Of a DNA stretch of 58,680 nucleotides, positions 26,765-35,495 are shown piece after piece. The notes beneath the pieces are model-generated. The model searched no databases and was not told the DNA's origin. It worked only from the letters and a program-made list of their open reading frames with translations. Every line of letters begins with the position of its first letter. Within the stretch, counting starts at the first letter, position 1. The stretch covers positions 1-58,680 of the forward strand of contig JBGPGA010000002.1 of assembly GCA_041483635.1 (NCBI GenBank). Direction: 5' to 3'. Position numbers and translations under genes: made by a program. Source of the DNA: Thermoplasmata archaeon (GTDB lineage: Archaea; Thermoplasmatota; Thermoplasmata; RBG-16-68-12).

Positions 26765-27616
26765 ATGCCGATTCGAACGATCGCCGTCCTTGGGGCAGGA
26801 CAGATGGGGGCCGGGATCGCCCAGGTCGCCGCGGCATCCGGATACGATGTCGTCATGCGGGACGTCGAAGATCGCTTCCTAACCAGCGGCTTCTCGCGGG
26901 TCGAACGGTCGCTCCAGCGCTCCGTGGAACGGGGCACTCTCGACGCCGCGACGGCCAAGATGATTCGTGACCGGATCCAGGGAACGCTCGACGTCGCCGC
27001 GGCGGCGAAGGCGGACCTCGTCATCGAGGCCGTCCCCGAGGACCCCGATCTCAAGAAGTCCGTCCTGCGCGAGACAGACGCCCTTGCTGGACCCCACACG
27101 GTCTTTGCGAGCAACACGTCCTCGATCGGGATCGGCGAGCTGGCGGCCGCGACCCGTCGGCCGGACCGGTTCGTCGGGATGCACTTCTTCAATCCGGTCC
27201 CGGCGATGAAGCTCGTCGAGGTCGTCCGGGGGAAGGAGACGAGCGATGGAACGATGCAACTTGCGCTCGAGGTCTGCGCCCGCATGGGCAAGACGGCCGT
27301 CGAGGTCCATGACTTCCCTGGCTTCGTCTCGAACCGCGTCCTCATGCCCATGATCAACGAGGCCATCCTAGCCCTCCAAGAGGGCGTGGCGACGCGCGAG
27401 GCCATCGACACGGTCCTGAAGCTCGGTGCCAATCATCCCATGGGCCCCCTCGAGCTCGCGGATTTCATCGGCCTCGATACATGCCAGAACATCATGGAGG
27501 TCCTGCAGAAGGGGTTCCGCAGCGACAAGTACGCGCCCGCCCCCTTGCTCCGAAGGATGGTGTCCGAGGGGGAGCTGGGGAAGAAGGCCGGCCACGGATT
27601 CTATGATTACGCCTGA
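26765..27616 (+). CDS. hbd: 3-hydroxybutyryl-CoA / 3-hydroxyacyl-CoA dehydrogenase
   Basis: IAVLGAGQMGAGIA, SNTSS, GMHFFNPVP, PGFVSNR and HPMGPLELADFIGLD. Confidence 0.9.
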   Translation: MPIRTIAVLGAGQMGAGIAQVAAASGYDVVMRDVEDRFLTSGFSRVERSLQRSVERGTLDAATAKMIRDRIQGTLDVAAAAKADLVIEAVPEDPDLKKSVLRETDALAGPHTVFASNTSSIGIGELAAATRRPDRFVGMHFFNPVPAMKLVEVVRGKETSDGTMQLALEVCARMGKTAVEVHDFPGFVSNRVLMPMINEAILALQEGVATREAIDTVLKLGANHPMGPLELADFIGLDTCQNIMEVLQKGFRSDKYAPAPLLRRMVSEGELGKKAGHGFYDYA

Positions 27617-27640
27617 TCCGCGGGCGTGGCAGGAGTTCGC

Positions 27641-27886
27641 CTAGAGTTTGCCGCCGAACAGCTTCTGCAACAAGGACGGGCTCGCGGGCGTGGCTGCGGT
27701 CGTGATGTACTTGCCTGCGGTGGCCTGGTTCGTCCGCGGGGCCGTTGCGGCCTTCAGGAGACCCTGTAGCCCCTTCTTCTGCGTGGCCGCGAGGATGAAC
27801 GCGCCGACGATCGCGCCGGCTCCGGCGAGGGTCAGGAACTGCCGCCGACTGATTACGCGACCCCGAACGCCTTCCTGCGTTGCCAT
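27641..27886 (-). CDS. Small protein consisting of a twin-arginine signal peptide plus about 45 aa
   Basis: 81 aa with SRRQFLTLAGAGAIVGAFILAA (Tat motif S-R-R-x-F-L). GAGGGG lies 5-6 nt before the ATG. AT-rich TATA (GTTTATAT) further upstream. Confidence 0.45.
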   Translation of the reverse strand: MATQEGVRGRVISRRQFLTLAGAGAIVGAFILAATQKKGLQGLLKAATAPRTNQATAGKYITTAATPASPSLLQKLFGGKL

Positions 27887-28110
27887 GCCAATCCCCTCGC
27901 GGTTCGCGGCCTTCCCGCGCTTTCACCGATTCAACGGACACGTGATATAAACCGTTTGCGCACGCATCCCACGGGTTAGCCAAGCTCCCACACCGACGAT
28001 CCACCAAGGGTTCCGCCTCGCGCAATCCCGGTTCAGCGTCCTCTCCCGCAAGCCTTTTTTAGACCACCTCCTATACCTCGTGATTTCCGAGGTTCTCACG
28101 AAGGCGGGGC

Positions 28111-31100
28111 ATGTTACATAAGGTAAAGAAAGCCGCCACGAAGGACGAGGTCCTCGGCCTCCTCCAACCCCTCCTCCGCGACTGGTTCACGGCCAAGTTC
28201 GCGGGTCTCACCGAGCCGCAGTCCTATGCGGTGCCCCTCATCCACGCGCGGAAGAACGTCCTCGTGTCCTCGCCCACAGGCAGCGGGAAGACCCTCACCG
28301 CGTTCCTGTCCGTGATCAACGAGCTCTACGCGAAGCAGCTCCGTGGCGAGCTGGAGAACCGGATCTACTGCCTCTACGTCTCGCCGCTCAAGGCGCTCGC
28401 GAACGACATCAACCGCAACCTCGAGGAGCCGCTGCGGGAGATCACGGAACTCGCGACGAAGGAGGCCCAGCCGCTGCCCGAGATCCGCGTCGCGGTCCGG
28501 AGCGGCGACACGTCCCCCCAGGAACGCCAGAAGCAGGTGCGCCGGCCGCCCCACATCTTCATCACGACGCCGGAGAGCCTGGCGATCATCCTGAGCACCC
28601 CGAAGTTCCGGGAGGCCTTCTCGAAGGTCGAGTGGGTCATCATCGACGAGATCCACGAGCTCTGCTCGTCGAAGCGCGGCGCCCTCCTGTCCGTCGGGCT
28701 CGAGCGCCTCCGCGAGCAGACGGGGCGGGACTTCGTGCGGATCGGGCTGAGCGCCACGATCGCGCCGATCGAGGAGGAGGCGAAGTTCCTCGCGGGATAC
28801 GAGGACGGCAAGGTGCGGGACATGCACATCGTCGAGGTCGACACCCGCAAGTCCCTCGACCTGTCGGTCCTGTGCCCCGTGCGGGACATGACCGCGGTCC
28901 CCATGGACGTGGCCAACGCCCGCATGTACGACCTGCTGAGCGACCTGATCGACCAGCACCGCACGACCCTCATCTTCACGAACACCCGCAGCGGGACGGA
29001 GCATGTCTCCTTCAAGCTCAAGGAGCGCGGGGTCGAGGACCTTGAGGCCCACCACGGCTCCCTGTCGAAGGTCACCCGTCTCGATGTCGAGCAGAAGCTG
29101 AAGGACGGCCAGCTCAAGGCCGCCGTCTCGTCGACCTCCCTCGAACTCGGGATTGACATCGGCTACATCGACCTCGTCGTGCAGATCGGATCACCCAAGA
29201 GCGTGGCAAAAGGCCTCCAGCGGATCGGTCGCGCGGGTCATGCGTACGGGGAGACGGCGAAGGGCCGCATGATCGCCTTCGAGCCCTGGGACCTGATCGA
29301 GTGCGCGACCCTCTCCAAGGCGGCGTACGACGGCCGCATCGACCGCGTCGACATCCCGAAGAGTCCCTTGGACGTCCTCGCGCAGGCCCTCGTCGCGATG
29401 TCCCTCGAGAAGCGCTGGGGTGTGGACGAGGCCTACGCGCTCGTGAAGCGGTCCTCGTCCTTCCACGACCTCTCGAAGAAGGACTTCCTCGCCGTCATCG
29501 ACTACCTCTCGTCCCGCAACCCGGACATCAAGGTCTTCGCGAAGATCTGGTTCGACGAGGCCGAAGGACGGTTCGGCAAGAAGAAAGGCACCCGGATGAT
29601 CTACTACACCAACGTCGGCACGATCCCCGAGGAGGGTACGTACCACGTCTACTCGGAGCGGGGGACGCCCCTAGGCGAGCTGAGCGAGCGGTTCGTGGAG
29701 TACCTGAGTCCCGGCGACGTGTTCGTCCTCGGCGGCCGCACGTACCAGTTCGCGCGGGCCCGCGGGACCTCCGTCTATGTCAAGGACGCCTCGGGCCGCC
29801 GGCCCACCGTGCCCTCTTGGACCGGGGAGATGCTTCCGCGGTCCTTCGATCTCTCCGTCGCGGTGGGGAGATTCCGGCGGGACCTGGCCACGAAGATCGA
29901 CAAGGACGGGGAGAAGGCCGCGCGGGAATGGCTCGCGCTGGAGTACCGCGTCGACGAAGGGTCCGCGAACTCCCTCGTCTCCTACGTCCAGGAGCAGCGC
30001 GCCCTCCTCCCGGACCTGCCGACGGACGAGCAGGTGCTCCTGGAGGGCTTCATCGACGAGAAGGGCAACCGGAACATCGTCTTCCACTTCCCCTTCGGCC
30101 GTCGCGTGAACGACGCCCTGAGCCGCGCGTACGCGTTCGCGATCACGGAGAAGCAGCACACGAACGTGCGCGTGAGCGTGACGGATGACAACTTCATGCT
30201 GACGGTCCCGAAGCGCATCGAGATCCACGACCTCGTGAAGCTCGTTTCGAGCGAGGACCTGGAGGACATGCTGCGCAGGGCGATCAAGAACACAGAATTG
30301 TTCAAGCAGCGCTTCCGGCACTGCGCGACACGGTCCTTCATGGTCCTGCGGAACTACAAGGGCCGCGAGGTCTCGATCGGCCGCCAGCAACTTCGCTCCC
30401 AGCGCGTCCTCGACTGGCTCCACGAGATCGAGGACTTCCCCGTGATCAAGGAGACGTACAACGAGATCCTCCATGCGGTCATGGACCTCGATCATGCGCG
30501 CGAGGTCCTCCGGGCCATCGAGGCGGGCACGATCCGCGTCAAGGAGAGCGACTTCACCGGCCTCCCGTCGCCCTTCGCCCACAATGTGGTCCTCCAGGGC
30601 GTCTCCGACCTCGTCCTCATGGAGGACCGGTCCGCGTTGCTCCGCGAGCTGCATCGCAAGGTCCTCGAGCGCGTCATGCCGGCGGACCAGATCACCGCGA
30701 TCCAGTTCAAGCCGGCCGAGGTCCAGGAGTACTTCCGCAAGAAACTCCCGCGGATCGCCCGCAAGGAGGACATCCTCTCCTTCCTCGACCGCGTCGGGGA
30801 CGCAAACCTCCTGCAGCAGAAGGGGCGCAACCCGCTGGAGCACGCGACCGCGTCCTTCCCGGACGTCCGCAAGTGGTCCGGGATGCTCATGGACGAGGGC
30901 CTCGTCGAGAGCGTCTGGACGCCGCAGGGGGTGCACTGGGCCCCGAAGGAGCTCGTGCCCACGTACGCCGCGGTCTACGCGCAGCGCTCGCGCCTGCGCC
31001 CTCCCGAGGAGAAGCTCCTCAAACTCATCCAGGAGAAGCCGCGGACCCACAAGGAGCTCGCGCGCCTCTCGAAGCTCGAGAAGGACGATTTGAACGAGGC

Positions 31101-33519
31101 GCTGCGAAAGCTCGAACGGGGCTATCTCGTCGGCCGCAAGGGCGTGGAGGAAACCGTCTACAGCGCGCGGGAGATCGAGCGTGCGAAGTTCGAGGACTCT
31201 CTGGACCGCCTCCTGACGAAGCGCCTCGAGGCGGACGGCCCGCAGTCCCCTCAGGAGCTCGCAGTCGCCATGGGCCTGGAGGCCGACCTCGTGGAGGAGA
31301 CCCTCCGCGACCTCGAGGCGGAGAGCGTCGTGACATCGGGCCACTTCCTCGTCGACAAGGAATTCCAGTACATGATGACCCGCGACCTCCAGCACCTCCA
31401 GCGGAAGGGCGAGACCCGCGAGGTGTTCGAGGAGGGCCAGTTCAAGGCGTTCCTGCTCCAGAAGCAGTTCGCGGACATCCGGACGATCGACGACTACTTC
31501 GACCGGTTCCTCGAGGTCGGGATGATCCTGGACCTCTGGAACCACACGTCCGCGTTCGACCACGCGGAGTGGCTCGAGCGCCGGAAGAAGGGAGAGATTC
31601 TGGAGGGGCGGTTCCTGAACGGCCGCGTTCGGTACGTCCGGGCCAAGGACGTTCCCCTGTTCCTCTCCGCGTTCCCCCGTAGTCCGCTTACAGATTTCGA
31701 GGGGCGAGTCCTGGACGCGATCCGCTCGACGGAGGGCGTCGACCTCTACGGGATCGTCTCGCGAGTGCGCGAAGAGAAGGAGAAGGTCAAGGAGGCCTTG
31801 GACAAGCTCGATTACGACGTCTACGTGATCCGCAAGTTCCAGGGAGACGGGTGGACCGCGCGGAACCTGTACTTGGCGTACGATCCGCCGAAGGAGGCGG
31901 TCCCGGATGCGGTCGAGAAGCTCGTGCGCTCCTTCCTGGCCGCGTACGGTCCCGTGCCCTTCTCCGGCATCCGGGAATGGGCGCGGTTCGAGTGGGACGA
32001 GCTCGAGATGCTCCTGGACCGCCTGGAGGACCAGGGGGTCGTCACCCGCATCCTGATCACGGGCAAGGGCGAGACGGAGATGTACGTCCTCACGGACGAG
32101 CTCCCGGCGTTGCGGACCGCGCCGCCTGGGGCCAAGGACCCGATGCGCGTCCTCTCCCTCCTGGATCCGTGGACCCAGCCGCTCTGGGCCCAGGTCGCGA
32201 GCCGATACGGGGAAGGCTGGTTCTTCCCGCTCGTCCAGGACGGCGATCTGGCGGGCATGGCGGAGATCTGGGAGATGAGTGGGTGCGTCGAGGTCCGCGA
32301 GCTCGACCTCGTCGGGCCGGACATGCTCGAGCCCGCGATCGCGGCGCTCGGGCGCCTCATGCAGTATCACACCGTGCGCGGGGTCGACGTGCTCCGGGTC
32401 ACGCGCTTCCTCGGCAAGGACGTGCCCGACGCGGAGGATCTTTCGCGATGGACCCAGGCCGGGTTCGTGCGGCTCGGCGACTTCCTGGCCCACGGCCCGA
32501 TCGTACCCCGTGACTTCGACAAGGAGAACCTCCTGGCCTATGCCTTTCAGAAGCAGGGGCTCGCCCCGGATCACCGCTTCCCGGACGCGCTCCAGGCCGC
32601 GAAGGTCCTCGGCGGCCTGCGATCCGACTACGCCGCCCGGTTGCGGGTGAACGAGTTCGTCCCCTTGGAGCGCCTGCACCGTCAGGGCCTGCTGGCGAAA
32701 GGCCTCGCGATTCCGGAATACTGGTCGTACCTCCTCGAGGAGGACCTGCGGTTGTACAAGGCCGCGAAGGCCGCGCGCCTCACGAAGGACGGGAAGCACG
32801 TGCTCAAGATCGTGGCCGAGGATGGGCCGATTTCCCGACAGAGACTGCTAGCCCTGTCGGACCTGAGCTACCCGGCGACGACGGACGCGCTGCGCAAGCT
32901 CTACCAGGGCAACCACGTCACGCGCGACGCGGGGAACCGCTACCGCCACGTCCCGGACCTGAAGATCTCCCAGGAGGAGGCGCGCAAGGAGGTCCTGCGG
33001 CGGATCATCCGCAGCCTCGGCGTGACCTCGGCGGAGGCCCTCGCCGCCTACACGCGCTTCGAGTTCAACATGGGCGAGACGCGGCAGCGTCTGCGGGAAT
33101 TCGAGCGGGAGGGCTGGCTCACGAAGGGTTTCCTGGCGCGCGGCGAGCGAACGGTTTACTGGATCCTCAAGGAGGACGTGGACCACGTCGACCACGCCTC
33201 CTTCCGGCGCAAGTTCGTCCTCACGCCGATGGACAACCTGTTCCTGTACCTGCGGCAGGAGATCGTGAATCGGTTCCACTCCGGGTACTGCTACGTCGTG
33301 TTCGACGGCACCGAGATGGCCGGATCGTTCAAGGCACGCCGGAGGAAGACGGAGTTCGTGATCACGGAATTCGAGGGCGAGCCCGAGGCGCGCCGCATCG
33401 TCGACGCGTGGCAGGATGAGAACGAGCTCGCGGTCCACGAGGAGGTCGACCGGATCTCGGACCACGAGGTCATGGAATGGTTCGCGAAGATGTACGGCCG
33501 GGGGGCGGCGGAGCGATGA
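28111..33519 (+). CDS. lhr: Lhr-type large SF2 helicase (1802 aa) with extended C-terminal winged-helix/AlkZ-like region
   Basis: SSPTGSGKTL (motif I), IIDEIHEL (DExH), SATI and QRIGRAGH, then the DEAD-associated domain (FPFGRRVNDALS...). About 930 further residues carry repeated modules. Confidence 0.9.
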   Translation: MLHKVKKAATKDEVLGLLQPLLRDWFTAKFAGLTEPQSYAVPLIHARKNVLVSSPTGSGKTLTAFLSVINELYAKQLRGELENRIYCLYVSPLKALANDINRNLEEPLREITELATKEAQPLPEIRVAVRSGDTSPQERQKQVRRPPHIFITTPESLAIILSTPKFREAFSKVEWVIIDEIHELCSSKRGALLSVGLERLREQTGRDFVRIGLSATIAPIEEEAKFLAGYEDGKVRDMHIVEVDTRKSLDLSVLCPVRDMTAVPMDVANARMYDLLSDLIDQHRTTLIFTNTRSGTEHVSFKLKERGVEDLEAHHGSLSKVTRLDVEQKLKDGQLKAAVSSTSLELGIDIGYIDLVVQIGSPKSVAKGLQRIGRAGHAYGETAKGRMIAFEPWDLIECATLSKAAYDGRIDRVDIPKSPLDVLAQALVAMSLEKRWGVDEAYALVKRSSSFHDLSKKDFLAVIDYLSSRNPDIKVFAKIWFDEAEGRFGKKKGTRMIYYTNVGTIPEEGTYHVYSERGTPLGELSERFVEYLSPGDVFVLGGRTYQFARARGTSVYVKDASGRRPTVPSWTGEMLPRSFDLSVAVGRFRRDLATKIDKDGEKAAREWLALEYRVDEGSANSLVSYVQEQRALLPDLPTDEQVLLEGFIDEKGNRNIVFHFPFGRRVNDALSRAYAFAITEKQHTNVRVSVTDDNFMLTVPKRIEIHDLVKLVSSEDLEDMLRRAIKNTELFKQRFRHCATRSFMVLRNYKGREVSIGRQQLRSQRVLDWLHEIEDFPVIKETYNEILHAVMDLDHAREVLRAIEAGTIRVKESDFTGLPSPFAHNVVLQGVSDLVLMEDRSALLRELHRKVLERVMPADQITAIQFKPAEVQEYFRKKLPRIARKEDILSFLDRVGDANLLQQKGRNPLEHATASFPDVRKWSGMLMDEGLVESVWTPQGVHWAPKELVPTYAAVYAQRSRLRPPEEKLLKLIQEKPRTHKELARLSKLEKDDLNEALRKLERGYLVGRKGVEETVYSAREIERAKFEDSLDRLLTKRLEADGPQSPQELAVAMGLEADLVEETLRDLEAESVVTSGHFLVDKEFQYMMTRDLQHLQRKGETREVFEEGQFKAFLLQKQFADIRTIDDYFDRFLEVGMILDLWNHTSAFDHAEWLERRKKGEILEGRFLNGRVRYVRAKDVPLFLSAFPRSPLTDFEGRVLDAIRSTEGVDLYGIVSRVREEKEKVKEALDKLDYDVYVIRKFQGDGWTARNLYLAYDPPKEAVPDAVEKLVRSFLAAYGPVPFSGIREWARFEWDELEMLLDRLEDQGVVTRILITGKGETEMYVLTDELPALRTAPPGAKDPMRVLSLLDPWTQPLWAQVASRYGEGWFFPLVQDGDLAGMAEIWEMSGCVEVRELDLVGPDMLEPAIAALGRLMQYHTVRGVDVLRVTRFLGKDVPDAEDLSRWTQAGFVRLGDFLAHGPIVPRDFDKENLLAYAFQKQGLAPDHRFPDALQAAKVLGGLRSDYAARLRVNEFVPLERLHRQGLLAKGLAIPEYWSYLLEEDLRLYKAAKAARLTKDGKHVLKIVAEDGPISRQRLLALSDLSYPATTDALRKLYQGNHVTRDAGNRYRHVPDLKISQEEARKEVLRRIIRSLGVTSAEALAAYTRFEFNMGETRQRLREFEREGWLTKGFLARGERTVYWILKEDVDHVDHASFRRKFVLTPMDNLFLYLRQEIVNRFHSGYCYVVFDGTEMAGSFKARRRKTEFVITEFEGEPEARRIVDAWQDENELAVHEEVDRISDHEVMEWFAKMYGRGAAER

Positions 33520-33926
33520 CCCTCACCGGGGTTGACACGGTTGCGGTGGTCGTCGCGAATGGGCGGAAGGCGATCACTTGGTACCGAGATGTCCTCGGCC
33601 TCGACATCGCATACATCGGGCCAGCCAGCGCAACGGCCGACCCCTCCGTCCGGGGCACGCCGGAGAATCCGGGTCACTGGATTGAGCTCGGCCCCGGCCG
33701 TCCCGAGACACGGATTCATCTTTGCGAGCTCGCGGGGAAGACGGAGCCGGGTCCAACGGGGATCACGTTCCTTACAGATGACATTTACGCGGACTTCGAT
33801 CGGTTGCGGGCCCAGGGCGTACGGTTTCTGTATTCCCCGCAGAAGATGGATTGGGGCGAGTGGCTCTGTGCCTTCGTGGACCCGGATGGTAACGAGTTCG
33901 ACCTGAAGCAGCCCGCGAAGGCCTGA
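33516..33926 (+). CDS. VOC/glyoxalase-fold protein
   Basis: 136 aa. VDTVAVVVANGRKAITWYRDVLGL and FVDPDGNEFDL are typical of the VOC fold. ATGA overlap with the lhr stop. Confidence 0.75.
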   Translation: MTLTGVDTVAVVVANGRKAITWYRDVLGLDIAYIGPASATADPSVRGTPENPGHWIELGPGRPETRIHLCELAGKTEPGPTGITFLTDDIYADFDRLRAQGVRFLYSPQKMDWGEWLCAFVDPDGNEFDLKQPAKA

Positions 33927-33937
33927 GGCCTGGGCAA

Positions 33938-33945
33938 TCTTTATC
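33938..33945 (+). promoter_or_regulatory. TATA-like element TCTTTATC
   Basis: 33 nt upstream of ATG 33971. Confidence 0.45.
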
Positions 33946-33970
33946 GAGCGAGGGTCGATGGGAGGCCACC

Positions 33971-35185
33971 ATGGCGGTCGAGGATGTCTTGGACCGGCTC
34001 GACGGGATGCGGGACGGCATGGTCTCGACCCTCACCGACCTTTGCCGTATCCCGGCGATCGGACCGACGAACGGCGGCGAGGGCGAGGGCAAGAAGGCCG
34101 CCTTCGTCCAGACGATGATGAAGGACATGGGCCTGAAGGTCGAGCGGTTCGACGCTCCGGACCAGCGAGTGCCCGGTGGAAAGCGCCCGAACCTCATTAC
34201 CCGCGTGGGGAAAGGTCCGCGCCTCTGGTTTCTCTGCCACCTGGACATCGTGCCTGCGGGTGACCGGAAAGGGTGGCGGTGCGATCCCTTTGATCCGAAG
34301 CTGATGGACGGCCGCCTCTACGGAAGGGGGACGGAGGACAACGGTCAATCCCTCGTGTCCGTCCTCTCCGCGTACCAAGCCCTCACCAAGGCGAAGGAGA
34401 AGCCGGGTCGCGCACTCGGCTTTGCGATCGTCTCCGATGAGGAGACGGGAAGCGGCCTCGGCTTGAAGCATCTCCTGGCACAGGATTTGTTCGAAGCCAA
34501 GGACGCGTTCGTCGTCCCGGACTGGGGCGTCGCGGGCGGCGACGAGATCGAGGTCGCGGAGAAGAGTCTCCTCTGGCTCAAGATCACCGTGACGGGGAAG
34601 CAGGGCCATGCGAGTACGCCGAACGAGGCTGTCAACGCGCACCGCGCGGGCGCGTTCCTCCTGACCGCGATCGACGCGAACCTCCCGCGGCGGTTCCCTG
34701 CGACGGATCCGATCTTCCGTCCGTGGACCTCCACGTTCGAGCCGACGAAGCACGAAGCGAACGTCCCGAACGTGAACACGATTCCCGGTGAGGACGTCTT
34801 CTACTTCGACTGCCGCATCCTTCCGAAGTATGCTCCGAGGGAGATCATTTCCGCCGTCCAGGAGCTTGCGACCCAGACGATGCAGACGTTCGGCGTTCAG
34901 GTGAAGGTCGAGGCGACGAACCAGGAGTCGAGTCCTCCGACCCCCGCTGACGCGCCGATCGTCCGGGAGCTCCTCCAGGTCCTGAAGAAGGTCCGCAACA
35001 TCCGCGCGAAACCCGTCGGGATCGGGGGCGGTACGGTGGCGGGCCCCTTGCGGGAGGAGAAGTTCCCCTGCGCGGTCTGGTCCACAACGGACGAGACGGG
35101 CCACACGGTCAACGAGTACGCGCGGGTCGACAACTTGGTCGCGGACGCGAAGGTCTTTGCGACCCTCATGCTCGGGCCGAAGTGA
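33971..35185 (+). CDS. M20 family metallohydrolase (DapE/ArgE-like, dimerisation-domain type)
   Basis: FLCHLDIVPAGD, YGRGTEDNGQS and IVSDEETGS. TATA TCTTTATC lies 33 nt upstream of the ATG. Confidence 0.85.
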   Translation: MAVEDVLDRLDGMRDGMVSTLTDLCRIPAIGPTNGGEGEGKKAAFVQTMMKDMGLKVERFDAPDQRVPGGKRPNLITRVGKGPRLWFLCHLDIVPAGDRKGWRCDPFDPKLMDGRLYGRGTEDNGQSLVSVLSAYQALTKAKEKPGRALGFAIVSDEETGSGLGLKHLLAQDLFEAKDAFVVPDWGVAGGDEIEVAEKSLLWLKITVTGKQGHASTPNEAVNAHRAGAFLLTAIDANLPRRFPATDPIFRPWTSTFEPTKHEANVPNVNTIPGEDVFYFDCRILPKYAPREIISAVQELATQTMQTFGVQVKVEATNQESSPPTPADAPIVRELLQVLKKVRNIRAKPVGIGGGTVAGPLREEKFPCAVWSTTDETGHTVNEYARVDNLVADAKVFATLMLGPK

Positions 35186-35410
35186 TCAGCCGCGCGGCGT
35201 CACGGCCGCTTCCTTGATCACGACGACGCTGACGCTGTCCAGGAGCAGGTGGGCTCCGCATTTCGGGCAGTCCACCCCGTTCCAGGAATCGGCGGAACGG
35301 CTCGAGTCCAAGGAGATCCGCGTGGACTTGCAGTACGGGCACAGGAAACTGACCTGGAGATCCCGGTCCTTGAGTCGATCGAGCGTCACCTTGTCGACAA
35401 TCGGTTGCAC
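35186..35410 (-). CDS. Small zinc-ribbon protein
   Basis: 74 aa with CPYC...x22...CPKC. GTG start preceded by GGAGG at -8. Its stop abuts the stop of the convergent M20 gene (TGATCA). Confidence 0.5.
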   Translation of the reverse strand: MQPIVDKVTLDRLKDRDLQVSFLCPYCKSTRISLDSSRSADSWNGVDCPKCGAHLLLDSVSVVVIKEAAVTPRG

Positions 35411-35495
35411 GCGACTGCCTCCGTCGCTGAGCCGTCTACCTGTTCTCCTTCAAGCCTTATTAAGAAAATGGAACACCTGTCGAAGCTGGAGTGTC

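Noticed and set aside
29671-32799. 1042-aa ORF antisense to lhr, the longest ORF in the track after lhr itself.
   Set aside because: Its composition is Arg/Leu/Glu/Asp/Pro/Gly-dominated with no recognisable motif. It lies exactly opposite a strongly supported helicase gene. Long antisense ORFs are expected at this GC content because stop codons are rare.
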